Source of the DNA: Nemertoderma westbladi | Taxonomy: Eukaryota; Animalia; Xenacoelomorpha | DNA: 64,000 nucleotides | Assembly (NCBI GenBank): GCA_032718475.1 | Contig: JAUCBJ010006803.1 | Location: 824 to 64,823, forward strand | Direction: 5' to 3' | Part shown: positions 48,354-61,926 of the stretch, piece by piece | How positions within the stretch are numbered: the first letter of the stretch is position 1 | How the letters are laid out: each line of letters starts with the position of its first letter | Made by a program: the position numbers and the translations under genes | Notes under the pieces: model-generated | Database searches by the model: none | Seen by the model: the letters and a program-made list of their open reading frames with translations, nothing else | What the model was told of the DNA's origin: nothing

Positions 48354-51319
48354 ATGGAAAATCCACTATTGCAGCATCGAACGCAGTTGACGGGTCGTTT
48401 AACTTCTCCAAACCTAACCAACAACTTATGTCAGCTTGGTCTACTCACTGGGGCCGTCAATTATTCTAGAGAAAAAATGCCAACGAAAGGCGCACTCGGC
48501 TTGTCTTCTCAATCAATGTCACTTCGAACGCCGCTACCGCTATCTAATATGAGAGCAACGTCATCGTTGGTTAACACTCAACTACAACAAAGTCATGTAA
48601 AGTCGGGAAAAAACTATTTGTCATCATCACTTATTCTGCAATCCAATTCCCCTAAGACAACTATTTCCTCTAATAAGGCGATTTCTATTATAAACACTAA
48701 AACATTTTATCTAACGAATTATCAACTGTCGTCACAGAATCCACTGCTGTTGGCACCAAGACTTTCCAAACTTCCACAGAAACGTAAAACACCAAGTACC
48801 GGTACCGGTACCTTAATAGATCCCTTGACAGCTGGTAGTCTGGAGCTAGGATTACGCAGTCATGGCAACCAACTCCGGCCGACACTATTGAAACTAGACG
48901 GCGGGACCCCTTCTCTGTCGAGGCAGAGATCTCAGGATAGTTGTCAGTCTCTAGACACCCAGACCTCGTCCGTGTCGCCCCAGTTTCCCGACTACCAGAC
49001 CATCTCCTTGGCTGGGTCATCTGAATCAAACGCACAGAGTTTGTTCGTTAGTCCCCCAAATCAGATAGAAGATGAAATCCCTTGTAAAAGACAAAAACAC
49101 GAAGATTCGGATGAAGTCGACGTTCTTAAGAAATCCTTTATAAACGGAATTGCGAGCAGTTTGGTTAGCTCTCCGGATTACCGAGACAGAAACGACGCAA
49201 CTCGTAACCGAATAGCCTCGCTGGTCTCTGACGTTGTCGCAGCTGGCGACCCGGAATTCGTCCTGAAGGTCGCTCTTTATTCCAGACTAGAACTCAACAT
49301 CCGAACCCCTTCCAATTACCTCGTCGCTTTGGCATCGTTTCATCCGGCTTGTCGACCGTTTCTCAAGCGCTATTTCTCTAAGATTGTTGTTATTCCGAAC
49401 GATTGGATCGAAGTCGCAGAAATCTACACGACTTTTTCTGACGGAAGTTTATTGGATGGACACGTTCCAGCCGCGTTGCGGAAGGTAATGTCTGCGAGGT
49501 TTATTGGGTTCGACGAATACCTTCTCGGTAAATATAACAAAGAGAAATCAAAGTTGAAACTCAACAGAGCCAAACTTTTAAGTAACAAATCGAGAATTCC
49601 CAGTAAAACAGTTCCGGAAGTGGGAATAGCGAGACGGCAGTTAACATCAGCTTGGAGAAAAAATAAAAAAGGAAAGGAAACTGAGTTATCGAGAGACGAA
49701 GTTGTTGAGGAACAAAAGAATTCCACTGGAGTTCATTTTACATTGAAACAACTGATAAGGAAACTACATATAACCGAGCCGGTTTACCATGTGATGTGCA
49801 TTCTGGGGAAGAAATACCCTGGAAATATGGAGGAATACTACAGGAGTAAACTCCCTGGTGAGTTCGATTCCAGTCGTGCTGGTATCCGGATGAAGTTGAA
49901 AACCCCGGAGACCTGGGAGACCCAGGTGTCTATGAAGGGGAATAAAGCAGAGGTCTGGGAGTCTCTGTTGGACAACAAGAAGCTCCCGTTCATGGCGATG
50001 CTGCGTAATCTACGCAACCTAATTCGCGCTGGAATCAGCGAGAAACACCACGCGATGGTGCTGAAACGCTTACAGGATAAATGGCAGGTGACTCGCTCCA
50101 AACAGTTCCCCTTTAGATTCTTCTCTGCTTATGAAGCTCTTAATGGCCTCGTTAAAGAGTTTGAGAAGACCGTCCTGCTTGCTGTAGAAAATGCGGAAAA
50201 GTCGTTTACTAGTAAAGGGATGTTTAATAATAAAGCTAAAATGATAAAGAGTTTGAAACAAAAGGGAAAATACGCAATGGCTAAACGATTAAAGAAGAAA
50301 GGCCAGGCCAAACCGACTAAAGTCTGTCTGTTCGATAAGTCAGTTATCGAGCGGTATAAGAAAGCTTTGGATCAGTCGGTTAAGATAGCGACGGTTCACA
50401 ATGTAACTCCTATCGCGGGTTGTACCATAATCTTGTGTGAGGTTAGTTCGGCTATGGATCTCCCCTGCACCGCGGCCCGGGGTCTAGGGAAGCCCAGGTC
50501 GCTGTTGGAGGTCGGCCTACTACTCGGGCTGATGTGCAAATACTGCTGCGAGGACTCCACCTTCTTTATCTACACCGAGGCTGAGAGTAAAGTAGTCGAG
50601 TTAGAGAAAGGCACTATTCTCGACGTGCTGGACAGTGTGCTGAAACTCGCGACAATAATGAAGGGTAAGTTAACGAACTGGAAGTCAGATGCGGGACATT
50701 CGCCTTGGACGTCTCTTATGGACATGGTCCATGATAGAAGTCAGCTGGACAACCTGATTACCATCGGAACTTCAACCGAACATATTAGAAATCTCGCGGG
50801 TAATTTTACTAGGAAGTATCGCCAACAAGTCAATAAAAACCTCTTGTATGTCAACGTTGATCTTTTAGCCAATACGAACGTCACTGACACCCCATTGGCT
50901 CATCCCAACGATGTTTTGCTAACTGGATATTCCGACCAAATCCTAAAGTTTATAGCCGAACGTGGGAACAAAGGCCAACTGAACCATGTAAACAACATTG
51001 ACAAAGTCTACCAACTGGACACCATCGATGTGACCCCGGTTACCAATCCTGGGATCGAGACCAAAGCTAAAGTTCCCGCAGTGGTACCCGTTCATCGTCC
51101 CACAGCCCAATGGCGGACCGTTAGAGTATTTATAAGTTCCACGTTCCGCGATATGTTTGGGGAACGCGATATGCTGTCACGGTACGTGTTCCCGGAACTG
51201 CGACGGCACTTCAACCCGTTATTTATCAATGTTTTCGAGGTTGATCTCCGCTGGGGAATCACTGAGGATGATTTCAAACACAGTAAATCTGTGGGATTGT
51301 GTTTGGAAGAAGTTATCAG
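48354..51319 (+). CDS. TEP1: Telomerase/vault protein component 1, coding exon 1 (TROVE, vWA-like, start of DUF4062)
   Basis: DPEFVLKVALYSR.ELNIR, FDEY.LGKYN, FTLKQLIRKLHI, TWETQVS, LPFMAMLRNLRN, QFPFRFFSAY, WRTVRVFISSTFRDM..ERD, VDLRWGI; donor GT at 51320. Confidence 0.92.
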
Positions 51320-52181
51320 GTGGGGTTTACGTCTAATCTAACATTGTAGATTGATTTGTTTTATATATATATTTAAAGCTTTAGTTACAATTCACGAACG
51401 CTTTTCGTAATAAATAAAATTAAAATAATTAATAACTAACTATATTATATTATATACATTATATTTGTAATAAATTAAGTAATAAATCAAATTTGTATAA
51501 TTTTATTGAAATTATTTTCAACTCTATTGACTCCTGACTGACATAGACTTCCTTGAACTTGAACTAGAACTTGAAATTTATTTGCCATATAGATATATTA
51601 ATTGCCGTAATTTTACCGAAATCATGGAGTGAGTGTGTGAGAGTATGATATGTCTATGATGGTCTGGATGGCAGCTAATAGCATTGCTAGTAAGCGTTAC
51701 CACCCAGAAAGTGAGAAAATGCATGATGCTGAATATGTGTAAAGAAGTAATGAGGGGTGGGTGGAGGGGGAGCTTCCTTATCAAGCTCCAGCTTCTCTGT
51801 CGGATTTCATTAATATTAATTCACACACTTCAAGGTCTCAATAGTTTTGATGTTAACTGGTATTGAGTCACTACCAGTTAACATTAATCAAGTCTGTTTG
51901 TGAATATAACTCTTATGGTGATTGAAGTTTCTCGTACGCAACACCTGTTATATTCAATCGGTTACCTACCAGCCAGAATCCAGTCTAGTATTATTACAAG
52001 AAGACACTAAAATCTGAATATTTCAACGTTTCTTTTGGACATTATTATAGATCTAAGTTTATTTAATTTCACTAATTTGGTTTGTATTTTTTACGCGCTT
52101 TAGACCTGCACTTATAGCAGATTAAGCGAGAAATAAGTTCTAGAATATCATATCCACAGGTGCGACTACTTTAATCCACAG

Positions 52182-52361
52182 GTGCGACTACTTTATCGGT
52201 CTCCTAGGGGAGCGCTATGGGTGGGTACCTGACCCGTCTGCAATACCTAAAGAACCCCAGTTCGATTGGTTGAATGAGTGCCGTTCCGATATCAGTATAA
52301 CTGACATGGAAATGCGTCAAGGATTGAAAAAAAACCCTGGAAAATCCTTATATTATCTGAG
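52182..52361 (+). CDS. TEP1: TEP1 exon 2 (DUF4062: CDYFIGLLGERYGWVP...SITDMEM)
   Basis: CAG| acceptor, |GT donor, phase-compatible, conserved motif. Confidence 0.85.
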
Positions 52362-52813
52362 GTACTGAAGTTTTTTATACCTGAGTTTTATGCGCTGCTT
52401 GACTTTAGCCAATCTATATTAAAGACCTTAACTAGACCTCTGGTACAGGTTCCAGTGCCTATTCTTTTGTACGTAACGTAACGTACCGTAATGTCACATA
52501 CATATAATAATAGGTATTATTACTATTTATGTCCAAATGTATAATAAATTAAGTTTGTTTAATGAATAATAATGGTTAATGTAATATAATAGTCGTTCCG
52601 ACTATTATATTACTATTACGTTATTCCTACTAATTTAGTACATGTTGTTCAAAACTAGAAGCTAATAGTGTCTCTACCGACTACAGGATCAACTATGTAG
52701 GCCTACTACAGTAACTCACTGAATATGTCCAGTTGTAGTAGAAGAACATCTGCCACCGGGAGTGCTGGTCCAGTTCTATTTAATTTAATTATTCACATAT
52801 TTTACCCATTTAG

Positions 52814-53010
52814 GGATAAACTGAAAGTACTTAAAGTCCTGCCGCAGAAGTGGGTCTCGGTATTCTTTCCTGACTCCCCTGGCCAGGTCCTCCGGTTGGA
52901 TGAACTTAAACAACTCGTAAAGGAGTCGAGGAAATACTTACCTGGTTACCATAGCAACTGGGTAGGAGAGATTAATGGGAAACCGGTGCTCGGTGGAATC
53001 CACCAGCTAG
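52814..53010 (+). CDS. TEP1: TEP1 exon 3 (...Y...W.G...GKPVLGG)
   Basis: TTTAG| acceptor, |GTGAGT donor, in phase with exon 2. Confidence 0.8.
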
Positions 53011-53055
53011 GTGAGTTGGAATGTGAATCGCTGTGGTTCAAGTAGCGGTGTATAA

Positions 53056-53630
53056 TTCGAATATGTAAGGGAAAGGCATGGGCAGCCTTGAATAGGCTTT
53101 CCAGGATTTGGAAGTCACCGAGAATTAATCGGAAACTAAAGGTCCGATTATTTAGAGCAGCAGTAGTTCCAGTACTCCTCTATGGGAGTCCCAGTCCATG
53201 CTGGGCTCTAACTGCTGAGGACACCAAATCTCTGGATGGCACATTCACAAGAATGCTACGCCGGGTTTATTGTGTCAAGTACAATACACACATCTCCAAC
53301 CAGACACTATATAACATTGGAGGTGTCTCATTGGTTCCCCCAAGCTTGACACTATAACAAAATCGCCTCCGCTTTGCAGGACATTGCTTTCGCCGTGAGG
53401 ACCAGCCAGTGCATAATCTTGTACTTTGGCAGCCTCATGGAGTGAATAAGCATGGTGGACAGCCCATGACTTTCTTCAGACGCATCTTAAAGGACACTGG
53501 CCTTAAAGATGCGGATGATCTAGCAAATGTCATGGGTGATAGGGAGTTGTGGCGGTGCAATTTTGTCGACAAGTCGGCACAGCATTCTTAAAAATGCAGC
53601 TGCAATGCAGCATGCCGATACTAGTAGTAG
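53056..53630 (+). mobile_element. 5'-truncated RTE-like LINE, same family as 12189-12814
   Basis: Near-identical sequence; (TAG)n tail. Confidence 0.9.
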
Positions 53631-56022
53631 AATCAGTGTGGTTCAAGTAACGGTGTGTTCGGTGGAATGTGAATCACTGTGGTTCAAGTATCGGTGTGTT
53701 CGGTGGAATGTGAATCACTGTGGTTCAAGTAGCGGTGTGTTCGGTGGATGTGAATCACTGTGGTTCAAGTAGCGGTGCGTTCGGTGAAATGTGAATCACT
53801 GTGGTTCAAGTATCGGTGTGTTCGGTGGAATGTGAATCACTGTGGTTCAAGTATCGGTGTGTTCGGTGGAATGTGAATCACTGTGGTTCAAGTATCGGTG
53901 TGTTCGGTGGAATGTGAATCACTGTGGTTCAAGTATCGGTGTGTTCGGTGGAATGTGAATCACTGTGGTTCAAGTATCGGTGTGTTCGGTGGAATGTGAA
54001 TCACTGTGGTTCAAGTAGCGGTGTGTTCGATGGAATGTGAATCACTGTGGTTCAAGTATCGGTGTGTTCGGTGGAATGTGAATCAGTGTGGTTCAAGTAG
54101 CGGTGTGTTCGGTGGAATGTGAATCACTGTGGTTCAAGTAGCGGTGTGTTCGGTGGAATGTGAATCAGTGTGGTTCAAGTAGCGGTGTGTTCGGTGGAAT
54201 GTGAATCACTGTGGTTCAAGTAGCGGTGTGTTCGGTGGAATGTGAATCAGTGTGGTTCAAGTAGCGGTGTGTTACTGTGTTCGGTGGAATGTGAATCACT
54301 GTGGTTCAATTAGCGGTGTGTTAGGTGGAATGTGAATCAGTGTGGTTCAAGTAGCGGTGTGTTCGGTGGAATGTGAATCAGTGTGGTTCAAGTAGCGGTG
54401 TGTTCGGTTGAATGTGAATCACTGTGGTTCAAGTAGCGGTGTGTTCGGTGGAATGTGAATCAGTGTGGTTCAAGTATCGGTGTGTTCGATGGAATGTGAA
54501 TCACTGTGGTTCAAGTAGCGGTGTGTTCGGTGGAATGTGAATCAGTGTGGTTCAATTAGCGGTGTGTTCGGTGGAATGTGAATCAGTGTGGTTCAAGTAG
54601 CGGTGTGTTCGGTGGAATGTGAATCAGTGTGGTTCAAGTAGCGGTGTGTTCGGTGGAATGTGAATCAGTGTGGTTCAAGTAGCGGTGTGTTCGGTTGAAT
54701 GTGAATCACTGTGGTTCAAGTAGCGGTGTGTTCGGTGGAATGTGAATCAGTGTGGTTCAAGTAGCGGTGTGTTCGGTGGAATGTGAATCACTGTGGTTCA
54801 ATTAGCGGTGTGTTACTGTGTTCGATGGAATGTGAATCACTGGTTCAAGTAGCGGTGTGTTCGGTGGAATGTGAATCACTGTGGTTCAATTAGCGGTGTG
54901 TTCGGTGGTATGTGAATCACTGTGGTTCAGGTAGCGGTGTGTTCGGTGGAATGTGAATCACTGCGGTTCAAGTAGCGGTGTGTTCGGTGGAATGTGAATC
55001 ACTTTGGTTCAAGTAGCGGTGTGTTCGGTGGAATGTGAATCAGTGTGGTTCAAGTAGCGGTGTGTTCGGTGGAATGTGAATCACTGTGGTTCAAGTAGCG
55101 GTGTGTTCGGTAGAATGTGAATCACTGTGGTTCAAGTAACGGTGTGTTACTGTGTTGGGTGGAATGTGAATCACTGTGGTTCAAGTAGCGGTGTGTTCGG
55201 TGGAATGTGAATCACTGTGGTTCAATTAGCGGTGTGTTCGGTGGTATGTGAATCAGTGTGGTTCAAGTAGCGGTGTGTTACTGTGTTCGGTGGAATGTGA
55301 ATCACTGGTTCAATTAGCGGTGTGTTCGGTGGTATGTGAATCAGTGTGGTTCAAGTAGCGGTGTGTTACTGTGTTCGGTGGAATGTGAATCACTGTGGTT
55401 CAAGTAGTGGTGTGTTCGGTGGAATGTGAATCAGTGTGGTTCAAGTAGCGGTATGTTCGGTGGAATGTGAATCAGTGTGGTTCAAGTAGCGGTGTGTTCT
55501 GTGGAATGTGAATCACTGTGGTTCAAGTAGCGGTGTGTTCGGTGGAATGTGAATCAGTGTGGTTCAAGTAGCGGTGTGTTCGGTGGAATGTGAATCACTG
55601 TGGTTCAAGTGGCGGTGTGTTCGGTGGAATGTGAATCAGTGTTGTTCAAGTAGCGGTGTGTTCGGTGGAATGTGAATCACTGTGGTTCAAGTAGCGGTGT
55701 GTTCGTTGGAATGTGAATCACTGTGGTTCAAGTAGCGGTGTGTTCGGTGGAATGTGAATCACTGTGGTTCAATTAGCGGTGTGTTCGGTGGTATGTGAAT
55801 CAGTGTGGTTCAAGTAGCGGTGTGTTACTGTGTTCGGTGGAATGTGAATCACTGTGGTTCAAGTGGCGGTGTGTTCGATGGAATGTGAATCACTGTGGTT
55901 CAAGTAACGGTGTGTTGGATGGAATGTGAATCACTGTGGTTCAAGTAACGGTGTGTTGGATGGAATGTGAATCAGTGTGGTTCAAGTAACGGTGTGTTGG
56001 ATGGAATGTGAATCACTGTGGT
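53631..56022. repeat. 41-bp minisatellite (GGTGGAATGTGAATCACTGTGGTTCAAGTAGCGGTGTGTTC)n, about 58 copies
   Basis: Directly visible; one further unit lies at 53017-53051, before the LINE. Confidence 0.97.
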
Positions 56023-56299
56023 TTTTAACTAGCGGGTTATTATCTGGGTTATTATTATCCAATCCTCCAAAGGTTACAAATCACCGTGTTCAGGTCTCTT
56101 ATTGTCTCTTATGTTCATGGTCTCTCCTACACAGGTTGGCATTGTATATAAATCTGAACGCTGTCGGATGTTTCCCTCAACCCATCTAAATCGCTTTTGT
56201 TTTCAATTATCTATATTTTTAATTGCTATATTTTTTAACTGCTACTGTGGACAACCTTATTTAATATCTGCTTATCAACTGTCACTTTAGTATCATCTT

Positions 56300-58855
56300 G
56301 TAAAACAAGTATTATGCAAGTATTGTACAAGGATAAAGGTTCGAGATCTGGGGCGGTATTCATAAATGTGACTAACTAGGAACTTAGTCCTAGTCACATC
56401 AAGTTAGTAAGTGCTTGTACTAATTCGGTATTCAGAGAAGTTGGTGCGACTTATTACTAACGTATTTAGTACTAGTTGTTGCTAAACTCGTATTCATAGA
56501 ATTTAGTCTTACTTAAGTTAGTAATAGCTGTAACTTAAATTTCTAGTCACATAACGATCTGACTAAGTTGGTAAGACCGCTTACTTATTGTATATTGGCC
56601 TTCCTACATACAGTATGGTTATTATGTTACTGACGACTCCGGCCACATTATACTCTCTTGTTTTTCTAGCGTTCTGTGTTCATTGCAAATGTGTTGTTGC
56701 AGAGAAACTGTCAAATGTAACGACATAAAGCTTTTTGTTTTTAAACATGTCCGACTTAAATTTCAGCTTACATTCTTGAATGGTGAGATTGCTGCCGAAC
56801 GGTCCGCGTCCGTTGAAAAATGTGTTTCGCTAAATAATTCTACCATTCGCGAACTTTCGCAAGATGAAAAAGCGGTAGCGTCCATCTTCATTATTTTCCT
56901 CTCTATGGTAGCCAATTGATTATCGCCTTACTAAAAATAATAATTTTTCACTAAAATTTTAACAGGAAATCACTATAAGATTCAGTTTCCACTAAAATCT
57001 ATTAATTAACATTAAATCTATTAATTATAAATTATTGCTAAAATGTGGGAAAGGGCAGGTTACAGTGCCACGTTATTCTAACCTAAATAATGAAGGGATT
57101 TTATTACAACAGGCCGTAACAGATTTATTTTTGATGAAAATATATTTTAGGGATAATAAAATTGAGTGGAGGAAATATATATTTGATAACGAAAAAAATT
57201 TACTGGAAAACAGGAATTGTTTTAGTGACCAATAAAATTAATGGGTTTAATGTAGGCTACCAGTACAACTAAAACAGTAAACATGAGACATGCAGGGCAT
57301 AGCTACCGTCCTTAAGTTGAATCTGAAAGCTTTTTGATAAACATAAGTTAAAGTACCGGCACTGCTACAAATAGGCTGGAACTAAGTTTAGTAACAGTTT
57401 ATGAATACTGATATTTTTTAAGGGCTAGTTGAAACTAAGTTAAGTCAATGCTCTTACTAAAATCAGTTGTTTATAGTAACAGATAGCTCTCACTAAACAT
57501 AGTTGCAGCTCTTACTAAAAGCTGCCACTAAGTAGCTGTAACTAATACTAACTCGATGAATACCGCCCCTGATCCCGATTGCTATATGGGTCTAATCTGC
57601 AATGCATTTAAAATACTAACTAGTCTGGTAGAGAAAGGTATGAGAAAGCTGGTATCACTCTATTTACCACCAGAACAATTTGGCTTCATGCCCGGTTTAT
57701 CTACAGCAATCACACTGGCGCAATTTATTAATCGTATATATGGCAACCTAACGTTGCCTAGACAACCGCTACACGCGGTTTATACCGGAAAGCGTTCGAT
57801 AGCGTTCCACGATAGAGACTACTGTTAAAACTTCAGCACATTTTCAAAATCAAAGGCGCGCTACTCCGGATAATCAAAGCGATTTTAAGTACAAATGACA
57901 AACAAATATATGACGGTTTACGTAAGTCTAAAATAATAAAGCAAGTACGTGGCGTCCTCCAGGGGGGACAGTCTGAGCCCATTATTGTTCATCATGTATG
58001 TTTACGACATTATCAACCATATCAAACGCGCAGCTAACTACATTGCAAACATAATCATTTTGTTATTCACAGACGACCTATGGTTTTATAGCGACTCTCT
58101 AGAGAAGCAATACAGGCTGCACTAAATGCCATAGCATCCTGGGCAGCCGAGAATGGCCTGAAAGTCAACCTTAGTAAGACCGCAATAATGAAGTCCAGAC
58201 GCGGTGGTCGTTTGGCTGCGCCTGATAAATTTACATACAATGGCGAATCTGTGAAAATTACAAACTCATACAAGTATTTAGGGGTTACTTTTCAGACTAC
58301 CCTATTGTTTACCACACATATAAATACAGTTCTTCTTACAAAGGCAATCACAGCAATTCACTATATACCGAACCCAAAATTACTATCAGTAGTACGTACA
58401 GCCCTCAAGTTGTTTAAACTGAAAATAATTCCTATCGCTACATACGGTATCAGAGAAATATGACCGCACATGTCCACAGCTAATTTTCACACCCTTGATA
58501 AGATTAAATCATCATATTTTAAAGAGCGTAATGGGGCTCCACAAGTCTACACAAAATAGACTAGATCTGGCACTAACTGTGGAAAATAACATAGTAAGCG
58601 ACATCGTGGAGCAATTGAACCAACACCCCATACGCCAGCATATCTGCAGTATTTACAGATAGTTAACAACAAAATGGCAGAAATACAACCTTCTCCGTAC
58701 AACGTTATACAGCTCTATTGCCTTCAGTGACAGACGATGGACGGGACATAACTACAAAAACCGACATGTAGTCACTAGATTCGCAGTACACGGCTTCCAT
58801 TTCCGGATATGTTGCACCAAAGTATTTCAACAACCCGCACACAGCTGTATCCTGT
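56300..58855 (+). pseudogene. Decayed non-LTR retrotransposon reverse transcriptase, interrupted by a MITE
   Basis: YKDKGSRS|DPDCY, LPPEQFGFMPG.ST, GVLQGDSLSPLLF, LLFTDDL, YKYLGVTF across frameshifts. Confidence 0.8.
56351..57568. mobile_element. PIF/Harbinger-like MITE
   Basis: TIR GGGCGGTATTCAT / ATGAATACCGCCC; 3-bp TSD CTG; removal restores the LINE frame. Confidence 0.85.
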
Positions 58856-58859
58856 AACC

Positions 58860-59330
58860 TCGAGCCTGTGGACGACTTCTAGATCCAGAAGTCAGGACCT
58901 TCAAATACGTAAGGGAAAGTAGGCAGCCTTGAATAGGCTTTCCAGGATTTGGAAGTCACCGAGAATTAATCGGAAACTAAAGGTCCGATTATTTAGAGCA
59001 GCAGTAGTTCCAGTACTCCTCTATGGGAGTCCATGCTGGGAGAAATTAAGCATGGTGGACAGCCCATGACTTTCGTCTTCGTGAGACGCCACCTAAAGCA
59101 CACGGGCCTTGAAGATGCGAATAATTTCGCGAAAATCATGGGGGATAGGGAGTTGTGGCGGTGCAACTTTATTGATAACTTTATTGATAAGCCGACATAG
59201 CATTCTTAATGCACACTGCCAATTGTGGATTGCATGGTGGTGACAAAATATTTTTTGTTTAGCCAGCATAGCATTTCAATGTGCGTGCAGTTTCAATGCA
59301 GCAGGCCGATTATAGTAGTAGTAGTATAGT
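58860..59330 (+). mobile_element. Internally deleted RTE-like LINE copy
   Basis: Matches 53056-53210, then jumps to the 3' end; (TAG)n tail. Confidence 0.85.
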
Positions 59331-60585
59331 ATGACCAGTCACACGCTGAAGCTTTTTGTGGTTTTGTTTTTACTGCATTTCCAATTATTTGCAACGTATG
59401 TATAATATAAGTACAAAGATAACCGCGGTTGAGTTAAACATTTTCAGAGGAAGCATTTTCAAGATTAAATTAAAATATAAATTGTAGAATTGTCGTCATT
59501 TAACATCATTATAGAGGTTCTGTCATACGATTTTATTCAACGTCTATTTTTTAAATTTTTTTTTAAATGTTATTTTTAAAAAGAAGCGCAACACGAAATA
59601 ATTTGGCATGTATCATTTGCATTATTATAAAATTTAACTAATTATTTAATTAAATACAAAATAACGCATACAGACAGTTAAAGCACCCAGACCAAAATTG
59701 GTAGTCGCAGTCTTTACTAACTAGATGAATTACATAAATTCAATTTGGAAAAATATATAAAATCGACCAATTGTAAGATTGGGAATTGCTACATTATTGA
59801 TAGAATATTAAATACTGTTGGAATACAGTTAGAAATACCGGTAATGAATGGGATTCTTTTAGGTTCGTTAGGCCAAGGAATGCCTGTTCACCACCATGGG
59901 TGATCTTCCACAGTAAACCCTTCCACGATACCGGTAATGGTAAGTGGAAAGTTGTAAGAAAATATATCGTGAATTATATAATCAATAAATCCAAGTGATG
60001 TGCGATACTTAATCCATAATCACAATAACAACAACTATTAATTAATTGCTATTATTGGTTGGACAAATGGATGAATATAAAAATTAAAAATAATGCACTT
60101 ACAATTATTATAAATAAATAAGGAAACCGTTTATATGAATTAACCGTCGTAATATGTTTGAATTATAACAGTCTGTCTGTACGTTATAACCTATTCCAAA
60201 CTGTAAGATAGAGAGAGAGAGAGAGGTAGGTATTACTGAGTATATCTCGTTAGTAGAATTATCAATTATGGTCGGTTTTACGGTGAAACATTAGTGAAAC
60301 TAAAGAACATTAATAATCACAAAGGGGAACGAACCACTATTAATTAGAGACATTTTACCATTAAACAAGTGTTAATTTAACAATATACTACAGAAATACC
60401 GGTACTGTTTGTTTATAATAATTATCCAAAGCCGAACAAGAATATACAATAAATTGTAATAATTATACGAAATGTAATTAAATAATATATTCTTTACAAT
60501 TATTGTAATTCACAGATACCGGTAACTGCAATCGTAAAATACCGAGGTGATTTCCATCAAGCGATGTTTTAATGGGATAATAATT

Positions 60586-61926
60586 CTAGGTAGGAAATTC
60601 CCTGTCTGGTAGAACAATAGGGGCTATTATGGTCCAGACGTAGATAATTATGCAAAACCAGGAGGATGAGATCTTAACCCAGACTGCTGCCCAACTCCGG
60701 CTGGTGGTAGAATCAACCGAGGCGGCACTGGGACTGGACCACTCTGTTATGGTCATCATGAGATATAGACTAGCCACCATCAGCATGCAATGGTACAGCG
60801 TGTAGCTGTAGGAGACATTGTCCACCTCGTTGTCGACGACTTTACCCTTCTCTGCGGTGTCTCCGTCGGTAGCAGTAACTACCACTTCCCCTTCCTCAAT
60901 CGGCCCGCAACAGCAGCAGAACTGGCCAGGTGCGGGATCCTCGCTGGAGACACTGCGGAGACTCGTGTAGGTTATCGTTACTATGGCAATAAGGACGCCG
61001 ACAATGATGCCGATAATCTCGCTGTCGTTTATCTTGACTATGGTGTCTGGAGGTCCGCAGTAGAGACCGTCTGTAGGGGGTTCATTGGAGAAAGCCGACC
61101 AGGTTAGGTACATAACGAACAGGGATATAAAGGATGACTGTAGGAGGCCAGACCGTGGGTTGGCATTTTGTACCTGGGGTAGGATAGATAGGATACTAAC
61201 AGCGACGCAAAGGATAAAGTTTATACTGACCACGGCCTTGTTGACTACACAGTGGGATTCATTGGCGTAATGGACGAGAATTACAATGAATATAGTGAGA
61301 GCCCCGACGAAAAACGTTGTCATAAAGACGCAAAGACCGATAAACCAAGCGAGTGCGCCGTCGCCTTCGTTGTAGTTGACAATCCATAACTTGTTCCAGA
61401 TGTGCGCCAAGTCCACGAGTTGAAATAGTTGAGTTAGAATAAAGAAAAAACCGCCGACAAGACCGAAGTAGAACCACACGTTGGCGAATGTTGTCGGATT
61501 CGGGATATAGAATGCGCCCACGCATATTCCTATAAGAACGAGCAGTTTGAAAAACCAGAAACCGTTTTGTACCTTCGATCTGATATCTTTGCTGGATTTC
61601 ACTCCAATCATTAGTAGCGCCAATAGGAAGAAGAAGGCGGTAAATGCGAACATAAGTCTGTAAACAGCGGTGTAACCAACCATTAGCGAGCAATTGGACT
61701 GGGCCCCGATGTACTGGCAGAACTTATCGAATCCCGGGATCTTCATTAAGGAAGTTTGCACCGAGGGTATGAGCATGAGGAAACTTACACCCACTCCCAT
61801 GAGTAGATAGATGGTGTACATGAGACGAGTTGTTACCGACGAGTTACAGGCACTGCAGCAACACGCACACGCCTGTCCTGTGAGACAACAGGCGGCCTGA
61901 GCCAAACAGCATCCTATGCCGCACAT
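60586..61926 (-). CDS. SERINC: Serine incorporator (SERINC/TMS1 family), single exon
   Basis: Cys-rich N-terminus, GYTAVYR, QNGFWFFK, NPRSGLLQS, YLTWSA, SLYLMMTITEW, VWVKI.SSW, WTIIAP.VLPDREF. Confidence 0.96.
   Translation of the reverse strand: MCGIGCCLAQAACCLTGQACACCCSACNSSVTTRLMYTIYLLMGVGVSFLMLIPSVQTSLMKIPGFDKFCQYIGAQSNCSLMVGYTAVYRLMFAFTAFFFLLALLMIGVKSSKDIRSKVQNGFWFFKLLVLIGICVGAFYIPNPTTFANVWFYFGLVGGFFFILTQLFQLVDLAHIWNKLWIVNYNEGDGALAWFIGLCVFMTTFFVGALTIFIVILVHYANESHCVVNKAVVSINFILCVAVSILSILPQVQNANPRSGLLQSSFISLFVMYLTWSAFSNEPPTDGLYCGPPDTIVKINDSEIIGIIVGVLIAIVTITYTSLRSVSSEDPAPGQFCCCCGPIEEGEVVVTATDGDTAEKGKVVDNEVDNVSYSYTLYHCMLMVASLYLMMTITEWSSPSAASVDSTTSRSWAAVWVKISSSWFCIIIYVWTIIAPIVLPDREFPT

Noticed and set aside
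53631-56022. CRISPR-like array
   Set aside because: Head-to-tail 41-bp units with no unique spacers; eukaryotic context, no cas genes.
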